From the IMG/VR virus record IMGVR_UViG_3300020430_000035, positions 1 through 38,932 of that record: a DNA stretch of 38,932 nucleotides; one strand, 5' to 3'. Positions 15,501 through 24,951 of this stretch are shown here, one piece after another. Source of the stretch: a virus (taxonomy: Duplodnaviria > Caudoviricetes). The position numbers were made by a program, and so were the translations under genes. The notes beneath the pieces were generated by a model. The model saw only the letters and a program-made list of their open reading frames with translations. It did not search any database and was not told the DNA's origin. Every line of letters begins with the position of its first letter. Position 1 is the stretch's first letter.

Positions 15501-17320
15501 TCTTTAAATGTTTTTGGTTTTCCTTCTTTGTCTTCTGGTTTTGTAAATGCAGACTCATAACCAGCAAATGCTGATTCTATTGGTGTGTCTGTTTCAGATA
15601 ATTCGCTTTTCTTTTTGTTTAATATTTCTTCTGCTCTTTTGTCATTTAAGACATTGTACTTTTTTAATTCTGATAAGGATGTTACACTCTTGAGTTTTTT
15701 TATAAAATCTGCTCTTGGAATATCTTGCCCATTTATTGTGAACATTTTATCTAAATTCTTTTTAGATAATTTGTTTAGAGTATAATTCAATCCCCCGCCT
15801 ACACTACCTGTCAATACCACTACACCACCGCCACCTACACCTTCATCAACTGCTGACTTAAAAACTTCACTAAAATCTATAGTCTTATCTTCTGTTGTAA
15901 TTCTATCTATAGCAAATTGTCCTATTACATTTTGTCCCCCGCCAGTAATAAACTCTGTAGCAAACCCTTTAAATCCGTTTTGTAAAGTGTTAAATACAAA
16001 ACCTTTGTTTCCTATATTTTTTCCTGTTTTCTTTATTGTGTCTTTGGCTATGTTTTTTATTACTTTACTTGTTAAGTTTACAACTTTACCAGCTCCTAAT
16101 AAATCTAAAGAAGCCATCATAGCAGACGCTCCTAATATAGTTTCTGTATCATCCTCTCCGCTACCTATAAGAGATAACATTTCTTCTTGTGTATAATCGT
16201 CTCCAAATTTTTCTATAGCCTTTTCATTTAATGCATCCATATACAAACCACCACCTTCTAATATAGCAGAACCTATCATAGGTTGAACTACTGCATATGC
16301 CATATTAGGTAAACTTTGACCTAATATTTTTTTAAACTGCATAAATGATACGTCATCAACAAAATGTGTTGATTCATCTAAATTCCCTAAAAACTTACTT
16401 ATACCTGTAGCTTCTGACATATTTATAACAGCTTCTTTTTTCAAGGCAGGTATTGCTTTGTTTATTTCAGCCAACCTTTCACCTACAGTAATTTCTTCTC
16501 CCATACTGAATTGAGAAAAATCGTTTTTTCTTCTTCTCCTTAAAACATCGTTAGCGTCTTTTTTTAATAAATTTCTTTTTTCTCTGTTTAATTTTTTTAT
16601 TTGTTTTGAGTTTGATAGTGCTCTATACGATTTTTGTGACATAGGCATACTATATTTAAAAGCATCATACATAGCAGGAAAAAATCCCTCTCCCTGAAAT
16701 AAGTTACCTGATAATCCAAATTTTGAAAAATCTTTTTGTACGTCAGTAAACCTTGTTAATTTAGCTTGTGTTTCATCGTAATTTTTTACAGCATCTGTAA
16801 AAAGCCTTATACCTTCTTGATTATATTTACTTAATATCTGATTGTATCTTGTGTTATCTGCTAGGTTTTTCTTAGCAATAAAACTAAAATCATTATTTAT
16901 TTCTTCTGAAACACGAAATAAATCATCTTCACTTTCTACATTTATGTTGCTTAACGACTCATATTGATTTACAAAAACATCAGCTACAGACTTTGTGTTT
17001 TCTATGCTTAGATTATAAAGGTCTATAATCTCAGGGTCATTTTGTATCCTTTTACTTATGTTGGATTTTATTTCATTAAATGTTTTATCTAAAAAAATAT
17101 CTCTCGGACTTTTCTTAACTTTTTCTTCAACTTCTTCGATAAGCTCCGTAGAACCTTCCAAAGAGGGTGATTCCGATGTAAGGTCTTTTTTTTTTAAGTC
17201 AACCTGACTTTTATACTGTGGATATTTTTTTATTATTAATTCAATTAAAGCATCATCTCCAATATCATTGTATTGTGGATATTTAGTACGGATGTTTTTT
17301 AAAAAATTATCTCTATTCAT
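12569..17320 (-). CDS. large internal virion/ejection protein with an LPD38-like C-terminal region
   Basis: 1583 aa, predicted helical; KYPQY N-terminal repeat; ED.NKVPDY.K.N.YV...YVKI and FRDRPIE motifs; last of three core genes. Confidence 0.65.
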   Translation of the reverse strand: MNRDNFLKNIRTKYPQYNDIGDDALIELIIKKYPQYKSQVDLKKKDLTSESPSLEGSTELIEEVEEKVKKSPRDIFLDKTFNEIKSNISKRIQNDPEIIDLYNLSIENTKSVADVFVNQYESLSNINVESEDDLFRVSEEINNDFSFIAKKNLADNTRYNQILSKYNQEGIRLFTDAVKNYDETQAKLTRFTDVQKDFSKFGLSGNLFQGEGFFPAMYDAFKYSMPMSQKSYRALSNSKQIKKLNREKRNLLKKDANDVLRRRRKNDFSQFSMGEEITVGERLAEINKAIPALKKEAVINMSEATGISKFLGNLDESTHFVDDVSFMQFKKILGQSLPNMAYAVVQPMIGSAILEGGGLYMDALNEKAIEKFGDDYTQEEMLSLIGSGEDDTETILGASAMMASLDLLGAGKVVNLTSKVIKNIAKDTIKKTGKNIGNKGFVFNTLQNGFKGFATEFITGGGQNVIGQFAIDRITTEDKTIDFSEVFKSAVDEGVGGGGVVVLTGSVGGGLNYTLNKLSKKNLDKMFTINGQDIPRADFIKKLKSVTSLSELKKYNVLNDKRAEEILNKKKSELSETDTPIESAFAGYESAFTKPEDKEGKPKTFKETLKEKTKKIIETGEAIFDRQSNIRRILTNENFINTRAYMTNMAGMMAYGGEVAYKQNKKIFGSIPKKIKKEGTEALNDLIILKRIIQLDSKRDSKNLERIKHPDGYNLESASKKLKEIRKKLGRKNYKDLDARADNYSGVFNKMLEEKYDAGLITEDTYKELKDDFYSPRRFLEKLLDGDDVKFLNSSFNFDKNELNNIRMGADTPLNTDFETLLALAQSTHIKRMHANKMTKSLYQETTNKITDTGQEFSWFKQLKKKPKKKGERFVTEYEPAPNGFTEMSFKQDGKVVKYAIQENLATEFMDKIEINHPITKNLGIVMGANILRAFATGYNPQFAAVNVPMDISNQVFFTDIHDDVNIYFAGLRLLGRSSAMAKDIVLERTENKKFQKFKSKKFNELLESYMKNGGLMSMLAGQTGLDALDTDQRLTTKKESLFNYLKRGLAFTGEVSELSVRLAGFEQARKNIKKNNPELSQEEVDIRAVEKTRQALDFNMGNAFIKMIDQVNPYTNVAFQAARTAGAYIRNNPLNFSKKLFYGNLGLAGAYVYSFLNYDEEDKEDWNKVPDYIKNNNYVVLYPKFMGDSAYETIEKNGVEHKVRKYVKIRLAPQVANFITQPSIAAAESLVYNSNGGKSEPSTFDISATTTSRYRQFLNFSGDILKGFSPVQGIPLPPVARGLVEVNTNYDVFRDRPIETQSDANVSPSRRGIDRKDIPSFYKTFAEVLEKSESAPAEIIKSTGVDSAPKMKHFTESVLTSDRNHFLIGSAYIMGEHINNMIRDVDGSDVSFAYKSKYADKNVLNPFESLFGTQKVISTVPIIDFGDESLNELIEKANYRDGDFRQKLKILIQKNPDIDDSEKKFRQVIDGQNFTEKQKKQALEFYKYNYKSTKIKNPDNIEIGLRIKYEDNAFARSAIFFKYFGKLDKKEKFEILEDFKLMGVPNVVDIAKRNIVLFDEFKDEIEEVRSYEATSILEPLEQ

Positions 17321-17327
17321 TTTTTTA

Positions 17328-18746
17328 TTATAAAATACCTAATGGGTCATCATTTTTTATTTCTTCATCAGTAAACAAGCTGTTATCTAGAAAGTAATCT
17401 AAACCTGCTCTTGCTATGCCCTGTTGCTCTTTTTCTAAATCTAAAGCAGAAGTTTTTAAATCTTTGTGAATAGTTTCGTTAAAAGGTAAAACTTTCAGCT
17501 CATCTAATCCACCTAATTTATTTAAAATTTCTACTTTTGTTTCTCTTTCTTCTGGACTTAAATCCTCATCATCTTGTGACAAAATATCTTCAAGGTCTGA
17601 TTGTAAAATTAATTCTTTAAATTCACCAATATTCTCTGCGCCTGTATATGCATATACTAATTTTTCTCCTTTATTGTTTTCTCTTAGCCCTAATACTCTA
17701 TAATCTTTCAGAACCTCTTCACCCTCTAAAGGTTCAACTGGTCTATATACAAGAGGTTTTGAGAAGTTGTATCCTTTTAAAGTAGGTATGTTACTGTTAA
17801 GTTCATCAAACTTATATGTGTTAATGTCTCTTAATGCGTTAAAAACTACATTATCATCGCCATTTTTACCATCTCCAGTAACTGGCGATATATCTTCTTT
17901 AACAATGCTTTTAGGTTTGAAAAAATCTTGCACTAATAATTTTACATCTGCACGATTTTCTTCTTTAAACTTTAATGGGTTTGTTTTTATTAAAATATCT
18001 GTGTATTCATCAATTTTATCATTATCAAATGTAAAATTACCTTTACCATCTACTCTTACTACGTCTAAATTATAATCTAATCTTTGTTCTGTTTTTACAT
18101 TTTGCTTATTTATAATTTCTTTTTTAGAAAAAGTTTTAGAAGATGTTTCGTCATTTTTGGTTAGTTCTGCTAAAGAATTATTCACTAACAATTCTGGATT
18201 TTTAGCACCGAAAATAACTTCCAGAAACATATCTTCTGGAGCTCTGTTGCTTAGTAGTGTGTTTTTGTCATTAGCTAAATCAATAATCTCTTGATTTGTT
18301 TTGGTTTTATCTAATATAGTATCATCATTTCCTACAGCTTTCAAAGCATCTTGCATTGCTTTATATGTAGGCTCGCTTCTGTTTATTATTTTAGAAAACT
18401 CATTAACTTTACCTTGAACAAAATTTCTTATCTGTGGGTCATATATATCAAATCCCCTTACTTTACCTTTCTTGTTTTTTTTTGCAAACAAATTAAAAAC
18501 ATCATCTTTAAGTTTCGCTATTTCATCAGCAGCGTACTCTTGATGAATCAAAGCAGATTCTTCCATCAAATTATCAATATTGTTAAGAGTGCTTTGAACT
18601 ACCTCTCTTTCATATCTTTTTTTTGCTCTTATTTTTCTGCCTATGTTTGCTATATCTGTAGCTCCCCTTCTTCCTATTATATCTATTTCTCTGCTTACAG
18701 AACCTGCTTGCGGTTGAAATGTTAAATTGTATCTTCTTCTTGCCAT
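17328..18746 (-). CDS. internal virion protein (putative)
   Basis: Between two ejection-like genes; ends DDPLGIL. Confidence 0.55.
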   Translation of the reverse strand: MARRRYNLTFQPQAGSVSREIDIIGRRGATDIANIGRKIRAKKRYEREVVQSTLNNIDNLMEESALIHQEYAADEIAKLKDDVFNLFAKKNKKGKVRGFDIYDPQIRNFVQGKVNEFSKIINRSEPTYKAMQDALKAVGNDDTILDKTKTNQEIIDLANDKNTLLSNRAPEDMFLEVIFGAKNPELLVNNSLAELTKNDETSSKTFSKKEIINKQNVKTEQRLDYNLDVVRVDGKGNFTFDNDKIDEYTDILIKTNPLKFKEENRADVKLLVQDFFKPKSIVKEDISPVTGDGKNGDDNVVFNALRDINTYKFDELNSNIPTLKGYNFSKPLVYRPVEPLEGEEVLKDYRVLGLRENNKGEKLVYAYTGAENIGEFKELILQSDLEDILSQDDEDLSPEERETKVEILNKLGGLDELKVLPFNETIHKDLKTSALDLEKEQQGIARAGLDYFLDNSLFTDEEIKNDDPLGIL

Positions 18747-18749
18747 AAT

Positions 18750-19823
18750 TTATCCACTTAGAGCTCCTGATAAAGCACTTCCTATATTAGAAATAGTTGA
18801 AGCTCTTGATTTTGCTAAATCTAATTCTCCTTGATTTACTGCTTGTCTGTATTGTAATTCTGTATTAAGACCTCCAAGTCTTAAATCTACATTTTGTTGT
18901 GCTCCCGCTAAACCAAATTGCGCTAAACTTCTAGCTCTTCCCATTCCTGTTTCAAATCCTAACAGTTGATTTCTTACATCGGCAGCTTGTTCTCTTGCTA
19001 AGAAATCTGATTCTGCTCCTGCTTGTCTTCCTAATGTTGCTAAAACACCAGCATCTCCTATTTGTGCTGCTCTAAATATATTACCAGAACCCATCAACTG
19101 TGTTCTTACTAAAGCATCATCTCCTCTCAATCTTTGAGCTGCTAAATTTTGTTCTGCTCTTGCTATATTTTGTTGTCTTTGTTGGTCTGCTCTTGCTAAT
19201 ATATTTTCTTCTGATGCTCCTTGTGCTTGTACATTTCTAGATATTGCTGCTAAAACATCTGATGAACTTCCTCCAACTCTTTTAGCTCTAGCATTTGCGT
19301 CTGCTATTCTTCTTCTTGAGGCATCTAACATTCTTTCTGTACCAATACCTCTACCACCTTGTGCTCTTACTATAGCATCTTGACCACGACCTATAGCTCT
19401 ATCTTGTAAAGCCTGAACACTTTGTCTATTTTCTTCTGCAATTCTTTCAGCTAAACTAGATAATCCAGTTCGTTGACTTCTTGCTTCATCAACCAATCCC
19501 GAAAACATACCCCTTGCTGGGTCAAAATCAAGTTGTGCTAAATCATCAGCATTTAGAGCCTCAACCCCTCTTAATTCACCTAAAACATTTCTATCTAATT
19601 CTCTATTAAATTTGCTTTCTATGTCTTTATTTCTGCCTCTCGCAAATCTTTGGTCTTCTTCTAAAGACTGGTTATAACTTTTTAATCCTTGATTTAATTG
19701 TCTTCCAGCAAATACTGAAGCAAGTCCTGATATTAAACCACCTCCTATTGCTGAAACAGGATTCAAGTCAGCAAGACCTGATAGCAACCCTTTTGCTGAT
19801 TCTGATTTGTTTTTATCTGACAT
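18750..19823 (-). CDS. internal virion / DNA ejection protein (putative)
   Basis: Gly/Ala hydrophobic termini around an A/Q/R-rich coiled coil. Confidence 0.65.
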   Translation of the reverse strand: MSDKNKSESAKGLLSGLADLNPVSAIGGGLISGLASVFAGRQLNQGLKSYNQSLEEDQRFARGRNKDIESKFNRELDRNVLGELRGVEALNADDLAQLDFDPARGMFSGLVDEARSQRTGLSSLAERIAEENRQSVQALQDRAIGRGQDAIVRAQGGRGIGTERMLDASRRRIADANARAKRVGGSSSDVLAAISRNVQAQGASEENILARADQQRQQNIARAEQNLAAQRLRGDDALVRTQLMGSGNIFRAAQIGDAGVLATLGRQAGAESDFLAREQAADVRNQLLGFETGMGRARSLAQFGLAGAQQNVDLRLGGLNTELQYRQAVNQGELDLAKSRASTISNIGSALSGALSG

Positions 19824-19838
19824 AGTATATTATTTTTA

Positions 19839-19846
19839 CAAAGTTA
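19839..19846 (-). promoter_or_regulatory. Bacteroidota-type -7 element TAACTTTG
   Basis: TAnnTTTG match 15 nt upstream of the ejection-gene ATG. Confidence 0.5.
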
Positions 19847-19858
19847 AACACACATACG

Positions 19859-22396
19859 TTAAGATATGTGACCCGCAGATACATCGGTATCTACTAAAAT
19901 GTTATTTATTCTCATCTCTTGAGATGTATCTTTTAAATTCAACAATAATTCATGTAATTGACCAACCATATACTCTCCTTCTATCAAACCACCTGTAGAG
20001 TTTTTATCTCTTAATACATGAGCAAACAAAACAGTGTCTTCATGTAAGAAATTACTTTCAACTATATCTGTAGCTTGACCATTTTCATTAGTCAAATCTA
20101 CATCTAACAAGGTAGCTTTTACATCATTATCTTGAGAGTAATCTGCTACTGTCATATTACTATATATTTTTATGTTTTTAGGTACTTCAGGAAGCTGAGT
20201 ATTCATCACGTATTTTATTGATGCTGTTCTATTTGTGCCTAGTAATGAAAGATATGTTGTCTTTAAAGATTCATAAGCGGATGTACCTTTAAATAAAATC
20301 ATCTTATCAGCTCTATAGTTGCCTTCTACTGGGTCTAAATCATAAAATGACACCCATCTATTCCTTTTGTTAGAAAAGCCCACAGAGACTGTATCTGAAG
20401 TAAATCTAATATGGTATATATCTAAGAATGGGTCAAAGAATCCTATAGCGTCTCCAGACTTGTCTAAGAAATATGAAGACATTCCAATATCAGATATTGG
20501 GAGCACTCCATTTACACCATATTTCAACACTTTCTTTTTGTTATTATCCCACCAGTAAACATTACCACCATAAGAAAATACAGACTTTTTATGAACACAA
20601 CCAAATCCACCTTTTAAGTTTCTTACTGTACCAATAACTTTATCTGATACTGAAACTATTTGTGAACCTGTAGTATCGTTAAAGACTTGTTCTCCTATAT
20701 ATAAAGATGCTGTCTCCCTTTCACATATAGCAAGCATTACGCTTCCTTCATTTTGTAACTTACTTGTTCTGATTAAAGAAGTGATTTCTCCATTTTCATA
20801 TGGCACTTCTTCTTGTGAAAATGCATCAAAAGAAGATATTGGATTTATAGATGTGCCTTGTATGTATTTTCCAGAGTATCTTATTTTAGATTTATTTCTA
20901 TTGGTTTGTTTCCCATCATAAACTATTAAAGGTTTACCTGCGTTGGTACTCCAAACAGCTCCAGCTTTTGTTCCATCTATTTTTCTTATTAAAACTTTAT
21001 ATGCTTGGTCTAAACTATCATCTGTAGGTAAAGCCTCTGCTGTTGCATTTACAGCAGTAGAGTTACTATACCCTTTTACTTCTATGTTTTGAAACATCAT
21101 ATCTCCCTCTACTGTATTAGCACCTATATCAAAAGTTACTGTGTCATTATTGTTAGTAAAATCTGTAGCTACTGTTCTAAGAGTACCACACTCAAAAAAT
21201 ATTGTAGTATCTGTTTCTGCTTTTGGAGAATACACTTCAAAGAATAATCTATATACTTCTGTTTTGTTTGCACTATCCCAAGCATCTACTGTAAATCCAT
21301 CTTTTGCAGAAAACTCTATATATAATAAGTTATCTGCTTGTCCTATTACTTTAAGGTTTCTAATAATTTTTGTGTTATTAGCCTCATTTGCTGTAGCTGT
21401 AGTATCAAAGTTTATATTTATCCTATCCCCTTCCTGATATGTGTAAGTATACCCAGAACGAATCATACCAGACAAATCAATAACAAAATATTTTACTTCA
21501 CCTTTTTTAGAATCACTTAATGTTTTTATTCTTGTAGCTGCCGTATCATTTAATATCCAATAATAATTAGAGGCATATCCTTCTAAACTAAAATCTTTAC
21601 TTAGATTTTTAGTCATTACTATTTGATAGTATTTAGCCCATGTAGGAATAGAACCTAATGTGTCGTTTCTTTTTAAAGTAAAGTCTGGATATATAGGATA
21701 GGTAAAGTTCCCTGTTTCAAAGTCTATAAAATCTTCTACCCCTCTAGTTCTAAAATATTCATCATATAACGCATAGCCTATTTTATATAATGATGAGTTT
21801 GCATACGGGTTATTACCAAAGTCAGTAACTCTTTCTGACACATCACTAGAATACCGTAAATAAGATATTGGATTTGCAGCGTTAGAACTATCTGTTAATG
21901 TTTGTGCAGTTGATGCAGCTGCATTATATGTAATTTCTAAACCATTACCCGTAGTATCAGCATCAAAAGAATCCTTGTTATTACCTAAAAATATTCTATT
22001 GTTAGAAACTTCTATAGCTTTTGTTTCTAGAGGAACAGAATCAAATAATTTTGCGCTTTCTGTACTATCCAATGCCTCAAACGACTCTCCAGTAAAACTA
22101 ATACTTGTAGAAAAAGCACTATCTAAATTTATAGTTGTAACTCTAAATAATGTTCCTGTATTGTTTTTTCTTGCATAAATTTCTAAATACTTAGCATATG
22201 TAGGATGTGTAATACCTGATATATTTAATATAAGTCTTGATATACCTGTTATGTGAGCGTTTGTTAAATCTAAAGATTCTCTAGCCTTTATCATTTTAGA
22301 AAATGGCGATAAAGCTGATACTTCTCCAGAGTCATATACATATCTAGATGTAAACTGAAACCCAAAATCTTTAAATATATCTTTTATTATAGCCAT
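19859..22396 (-). CDS. tail stabilisation/muzzle protein, C-terminal major part
   Basis: F..RY.Y..GE.S.LSPFS, VP....A.EV..NRI..GN, LYDEY.R, FG, YWWD, W.SFY motifs of crAss-like stabilisation proteins. Confidence 0.75.
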   Translation of the reverse strand: MAIIKDIFKDFGFQFTSRYVYDSGEVSALSPFSKMIKARESLDLTNAHITGISRLILNISGITHPTYAKYLEIYARKNNTGTLFRVTTINLDSAFSTSISFTGESFEALDSTESAKLFDSVPLETKAIEVSNNRIFLGNNKDSFDADTTGNGLEITYNAAASTAQTLTDSSNAANPISYLRYSSDVSERVTDFGNNPYANSSLYKIGYALYDEYFRTRGVEDFIDFETGNFTYPIYPDFTLKRNDTLGSIPTWAKYYQIVMTKNLSKDFSLEGYASNYYWILNDTAATRIKTLSDSKKGEVKYFVIDLSGMIRSGYTYTYQEGDRININFDTTATANEANNTKIIRNLKVIGQADNLLYIEFSAKDGFTVDAWDSANKTEVYRLFFEVYSPKAETDTTIFFECGTLRTVATDFTNNNDTVTFDIGANTVEGDMMFQNIEVKGYSNSTAVNATAEALPTDDSLDQAYKVLIRKIDGTKAGAVWSTNAGKPLIVYDGKQTNRNKSKIRYSGKYIQGTSINPISSFDAFSQEEVPYENGEITSLIRTSKLQNEGSVMLAICERETASLYIGEQVFNDTTGSQIVSVSDKVIGTVRNLKGGFGCVHKKSVFSYGGNVYWWDNNKKKVLKYGVNGVLPISDIGMSSYFLDKSGDAIGFFDPFLDIYHIRFTSDTVSVGFSNKRNRWVSFYDLDPVEGNYRADKMILFKGTSAYESLKTTYLSLLGTNRTASIKYVMNTQLPEVPKNIKIYSNMTVADYSQDNDVKATLLDVDLTNENGQATDIVESNFLHEDTVLFAHVLRDKNSTGGLIEGEYMVGQLHELLLNLKDTSQEMRINNILVDTDVSAGHIS

Positions 22397-24141
22397 TATG
22401 GTTGATTTGTTAATGTTACACTTATTGCAAAAGTTAAACTATCTCCTACCTGTGCAGCTCCCACTAAATCAAAGCTCCAGTTAAATGTTATAGTTGTATC
22501 ATTAGCTGTTGTTGGGTTAGAGCTTACAGTCAAATTCTGTAAATCAGCACTATTTTCTGATGATGAAATACTTATCTCACTTGCGGTATTTCCTGTAAAA
22601 TTACCTGTTGCGGTTGCAGTACCACTAACAGTACCTGTTTTTCCTACTCTAACTGTTCCTCCTGTGTTCACTGTAACTCCACTTAAATCATCGTCAGTTT
22701 CTGTTATAGTTACTGTTAATGATGGAATTGAAATATTTACATTAGCGGTATTTCCAAATGTATTTGAGCCAGATGGGTCTTTTGCTTTGTATGTAAATTG
22801 AGCTAAATTAACACCTCCAGCAGAAGTATAAGTAAATGCTCCTGTATTAGCGTTGTCTAGTGATAAAGAACCGTTAGAAGGATTTGTTACGATTTCATAT
22901 AAAACCGCATCACCTTCTGGGTCGGTTGCATTTAGTGTTCCAGAAACCGCATTACCACTTGTTATAGATAAGTTTACATTACTAGATACAGGAGGCTCAT
23001 TTATGTTGCCAATATTAACAGTAATAGTTCCTGTTCCTACTCCTCCACCAACATCTGTTGCTGTTACTGTTAAATTATAAGAAGTTGTTGTCTCAAAGTC
23101 TGGTGAATTAGCAACAGTAATTTGTCCTGTAGAAGAATTTATAGCAAAATCATTATTTGTATTACCTCCAGTTATTGCATAAGTGAGTCCTGTGTTTGTT
23201 CCATCCGCAGAACCATTTACAGCGACTACACTATGTACGTTAGTTCCTACAGATACATTTTCATTTATTGATACAGTAGCTCCTGTTACTGTAGGATTTA
23301 CATTTGTGACTGTAATGTTAAATGATTCTGTATAAGAAAGACCATCACCATCAACTACCTTGATATTTAAAATAAAACTTCTATCATCTGTGTTATTAAA
23401 ATTAAAAGTTCCTACTGTTTTAAGTAAACAAGTTGCATCAGTATTATCAGAATCTACAAGAGTAAATCTAGAAGAAGCATCATTATTACTTGCATCTACA
23501 GCGTTCATTATTGTAAAATCTGCTGTGTCACTAGAAGTAGAATCTGTAACTGTTATAGTTCCAATAGTCGTTGCTGCTGCATCTCCTTCAGAAAAAGTAG
23601 AGCTAGATATAGATAAGTCAGATGGAGCATCTCCTGTACTTTCTATAGATACAGGTAAAACAAACGCAGGTGGTTTTTTTATCAGAGTTAAATCTGTAAT
23701 GTCTGTAATGGTCGCTGCCGACCTTTCTGTATACCAACTAAGAGGAACGCCTCCTTCTCTATAGTTCCAAACTAATACATCACCTATAATATTTATATCT
23801 GGGTCAAAGTCTGTTGTTACTGCGTGAGTATATGTTAGTAGTAATGTAGCAGTGCTACCTGATATTTTATAAATCTTAGCTTTTGTAGTCCCTTTTACAA
23901 GTACGTATATATTATCATCATTATCTCTAATGCTAGCTTTTACTACGGGATTGGTCAATCCCGATGATAAATCTACATTTATAGTAGATACAGAGTTCAT
24001 TGTTTTAGTAGAACCAGCTCCTCCTTCTTTTCCAGTTTCTACTACAATATTTTTAGCATCTAAGTAATCACCTTTTGGAAAGTAGTATTTGTCAGCATCT
24101 TTGTTTAAACCTCCGCTTGATATAAAATTATTTCTAGGCAT
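22396..24141 (-). CDS. tail stabilisation protein N-terminal part fused to cadherin/Ig-like repeats
   Basis: NF..GGLNKD.D.....GDY.DA.NI and LIKKPP, then cadherin motifs (SINEN, FAI.S.TG.I.V, DFET...Y.L.V.ATD, NINEPP, ATDPEGD). Confidence 0.8.
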   Translation of the reverse strand: MPRNNFISSGGLNKDADKYYFPKGDYLDAKNIVVETGKEGGAGSTKTMNSVSTINVDLSSGLTNPVVKASIRDNDDNIYVLVKGTTKAKIYKISGSTATLLLTYTHAVTTDFDPDINIIGDVLVWNYREGGVPLSWYTERSAATITDITDLTLIKKPPAFVLPVSIESTGDAPSDLSISSSTFSEGDAAATTIGTITVTDSTSSDTADFTIMNAVDASNNDASSRFTLVDSDNTDATCLLKTVGTFNFNNTDDRSFILNIKVVDGDGLSYTESFNITVTNVNPTVTGATVSINENVSVGTNVHSVVAVNGSADGTNTGLTYAITGGNTNNDFAINSSTGQITVANSPDFETTTSYNLTVTATDVGGGVGTGTITVNIGNINEPPVSSNVNLSITSGNAVSGTLNATDPEGDAVLYEIVTNPSNGSLSLDNANTGAFTYTSAGGVNLAQFTYKAKDPSGSNTFGNTANVNISIPSLTVTITETDDDLSGVTVNTGGTVRVGKTGTVSGTATATGNFTGNTASEISISSSENSADLQNLTVSSNPTTANDTTITFNWSFDLVGAAQVGDSLTFAISVTLTNQP

Positions 24142-24147
24142 AGTACA

Positions 24148-24951
24148 TTAATTTTTAATTGAACCATGAATACCTTGTCTAAATGATGCTATAATATCTG
24201 CATATGTCAACGCATTTAATCTTGATTTTAGTTTTCTTTTAGCATTTATAAAATCTTGTTTAGCTAAACCAACTTTATTAAAAGCTGAATTTGTGTGATA
24301 AAACTTTTGATATATAATGTATTTTTTAATAGTATCTTGTGCATAAGGATGAACTACATTAGCATTAGATACAGTTACACCATTCGTGATATATACTAGA
24401 GTTACTTTTGTAACATCTACATTGTTATTAAATACTATTTCTCCTTGATGTATGTCTACATTATAAGATTGAGATTGTCCTGTTGACAAACCATATTGTC
24501 TACCAACGTGCTCACCAAATTCATTTACAGCTCCATAATGAGAGGTATGTGCATATAAAAACTCTAAATCACTATCACCTAGAGTAGCATCTGGATGTGC
24601 TATTTTTGTTCCTTGAGCATCCACATTCTGTATTAAGTTTAGTTGTGGGTCTCTTCTTAAAGGTAAAAGATGTTCACCATATTTAGCCATAACTTCTACT
24701 ACATCTACACAATCAGAAGGTATTATAGCTCTTTTATATGAAGTTACATCAAGTTCTACAGACTTAACGTTACTTGATGTAGCATCTGTAGAGTTTGCAC
24801 CTACAGCTCCAGTAGAGCCTAAAGGTATATCATAGTTTATTTCTTCCAAACACTGTATGCCATAATGTAAAAACCTTACATAATAATGCATAGGATATTG
24901 CATATCCATCAATGTATTTCTAACTATATGGTCAAGCGTTATCGTTTTCAT
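24148..24951 (-). CDS. tail ring/adaptor protein (putative)
   Basis: IP.D.V..V, L.Y..NG, A..TI..YI, A..KL..RL pattern; position. Confidence 0.6.
   Translation of the reverse strand: MKTITLDHIVRNTLMDMQYPMHYYVRFLHYGIQCLEEINYDIPLGSTGAVGANSTDATSSNVKSVELDVTSYKRAIIPSDCVDVVEVMAKYGEHLLPLRRDPQLNLIQNVDAQGTKIAHPDATLGDSDLEFLYAHTSHYGAVNEFGEHVGRQYGLSTGQSQSYNVDIHQGEIVFNNNVDVTKVTLVYITNGVTVSNANVVHPYAQDTIKKYIIYQKFYHTNSAFNKVGLAKQDFINAKRKLKSRLNALTYADIIASFRQGIHGSIKN

Noticed and set aside
12569-17320. Virion RNA polymerase as in crAssphages
   Set aside because: No DxDxD catalytic motif in an RNAP-like context was recognised
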